A stretch of 64,000 bases of DNA, from positions 101,771 to 165,770 of the forward strand of contig CAZYCL010000003.1 of NCBI GenBank assembly GCA_964645795.1. The letters run 5' to 3'. Below the pieces are notes generated by a model. That model worked only from the letters and a program-made list of their open reading frames with translations, was not told the DNA's origin and did no database searches. The position numbers were made by a program, and so were the translations under genes. Below are positions 63,999-64,000 of this stretch, piece after piece; position 1 is the stretch's first letter, and each line of letters begins with the position of its first letter. Source of the stretch: an uncultured Planctomycetales bacterium (GTDB lineage: Bacteria; Omnitrophota; Gorgyraeia; Gygaellales; Profunditerraquicolaceae).

Positions 63999-64000
63999 GG

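Noticed and set aside
1-64000. CRISPR arrays, tRNA/rRNA genes, and transposase/integrase or prophage signatures.
   Set aside because: No spacer-repeat periodicity, no tRNA cloverleaf-like conserved boxes in intergenic gaps, and no transposase/integrase ORFs or terminal inverted repeats were seen. The only repeats are the coding TPR duplication and short regulatory inverted repeats.

Overview
This 64 kb window is a gene-dense, almost entirely plus-strand chromosomal segment from a bacterium with compact, frequently overlapping genes. Its ribosomal and central-metabolism content resembles deep-branching anaerobic lineages such as Omnitrophota-like organisms. All calls are by eye; no database searches were run.

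Content in order:
1. Tail of the spc operon and the alpha operon: secY end, adk, map, infA, rpmJ, rpsM, rpsK, rpsD, rpoA, and rplQ with a long lysine-rich tail.
2. An aminotransferase, a type-2 LeuC/LeuD pair split by pilT, an IDH/IPMDH-family dehydrogenase, mdh, lpdA, and a stand-alone lipoyl-domain protein.
3. An excisionase-family HTH gene preceded by palindromic repeats, then an HD-GYP phosphodiesterase.
4. A glycolipid-type trio (MGDG-synthase-like GT, LpxL-like acyltransferase, GT2), then pcm, cobO, and a hybrid sensor kinase.
5. A minus-strand small secreted KDKK-repeat protein whose 5' leader matches a c-di-GMP-I (GEMM) riboswitch, with its own consensus promoter and intrinsic terminator.
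6. A long operon: msrBA, an RsbW-like kinase, a STAS protein, mlaE-mlaF-mlaD, a FecR-like protein, an outer-membrane beta-barrel, a CHASE2-PP2C phosphatase, a second STAS protein, and pyk.
7. Two tandem minus-strand YcgR-like PilZ proteins, a REC-only response regulator, csp, a FabK/NPD-family enzyme, a DEAD-box helicase, a trehalose-phosphatase-like protein, SUI1, and a third small PilZ protein.
8. A cobalamin regulon: riboswitch, btuF-btuC-btuD-cobC-cobU-cobT-cobS and a PP-loop DUF71 gene, then a second compact riboswitch, btuB and tonB.
9. A glycosylation-like cluster directly downstream: two GtrB-like GT2s, a SPASM radical SAM, two B12-binding radical SAM paralogs, a membrane GT2, and a GT-C/PMT-like membrane protein with C-terminal TPRs that contain a perfect 306-bp tandem DNA duplication.
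10. rpsU (TTG start, textbook promoter), a sugar-phosphate isomerase, a Memo1-like protein, a Trm112-like mini-ORF, a GTCACC-repeat inverted array, then aroQ, pepP, efp, accB, accC and asp23.

Most striking are the unannotated riboswitches (one GEMM-I, two cobalamin), the partner-switching module wrapped around an Mla lipid transporter, and the physical coupling of cobalamin uptake and remodelling to a B12-radical-SAM glycosylation cluster. I found no rRNA, tRNA, CRISPR or transposase.
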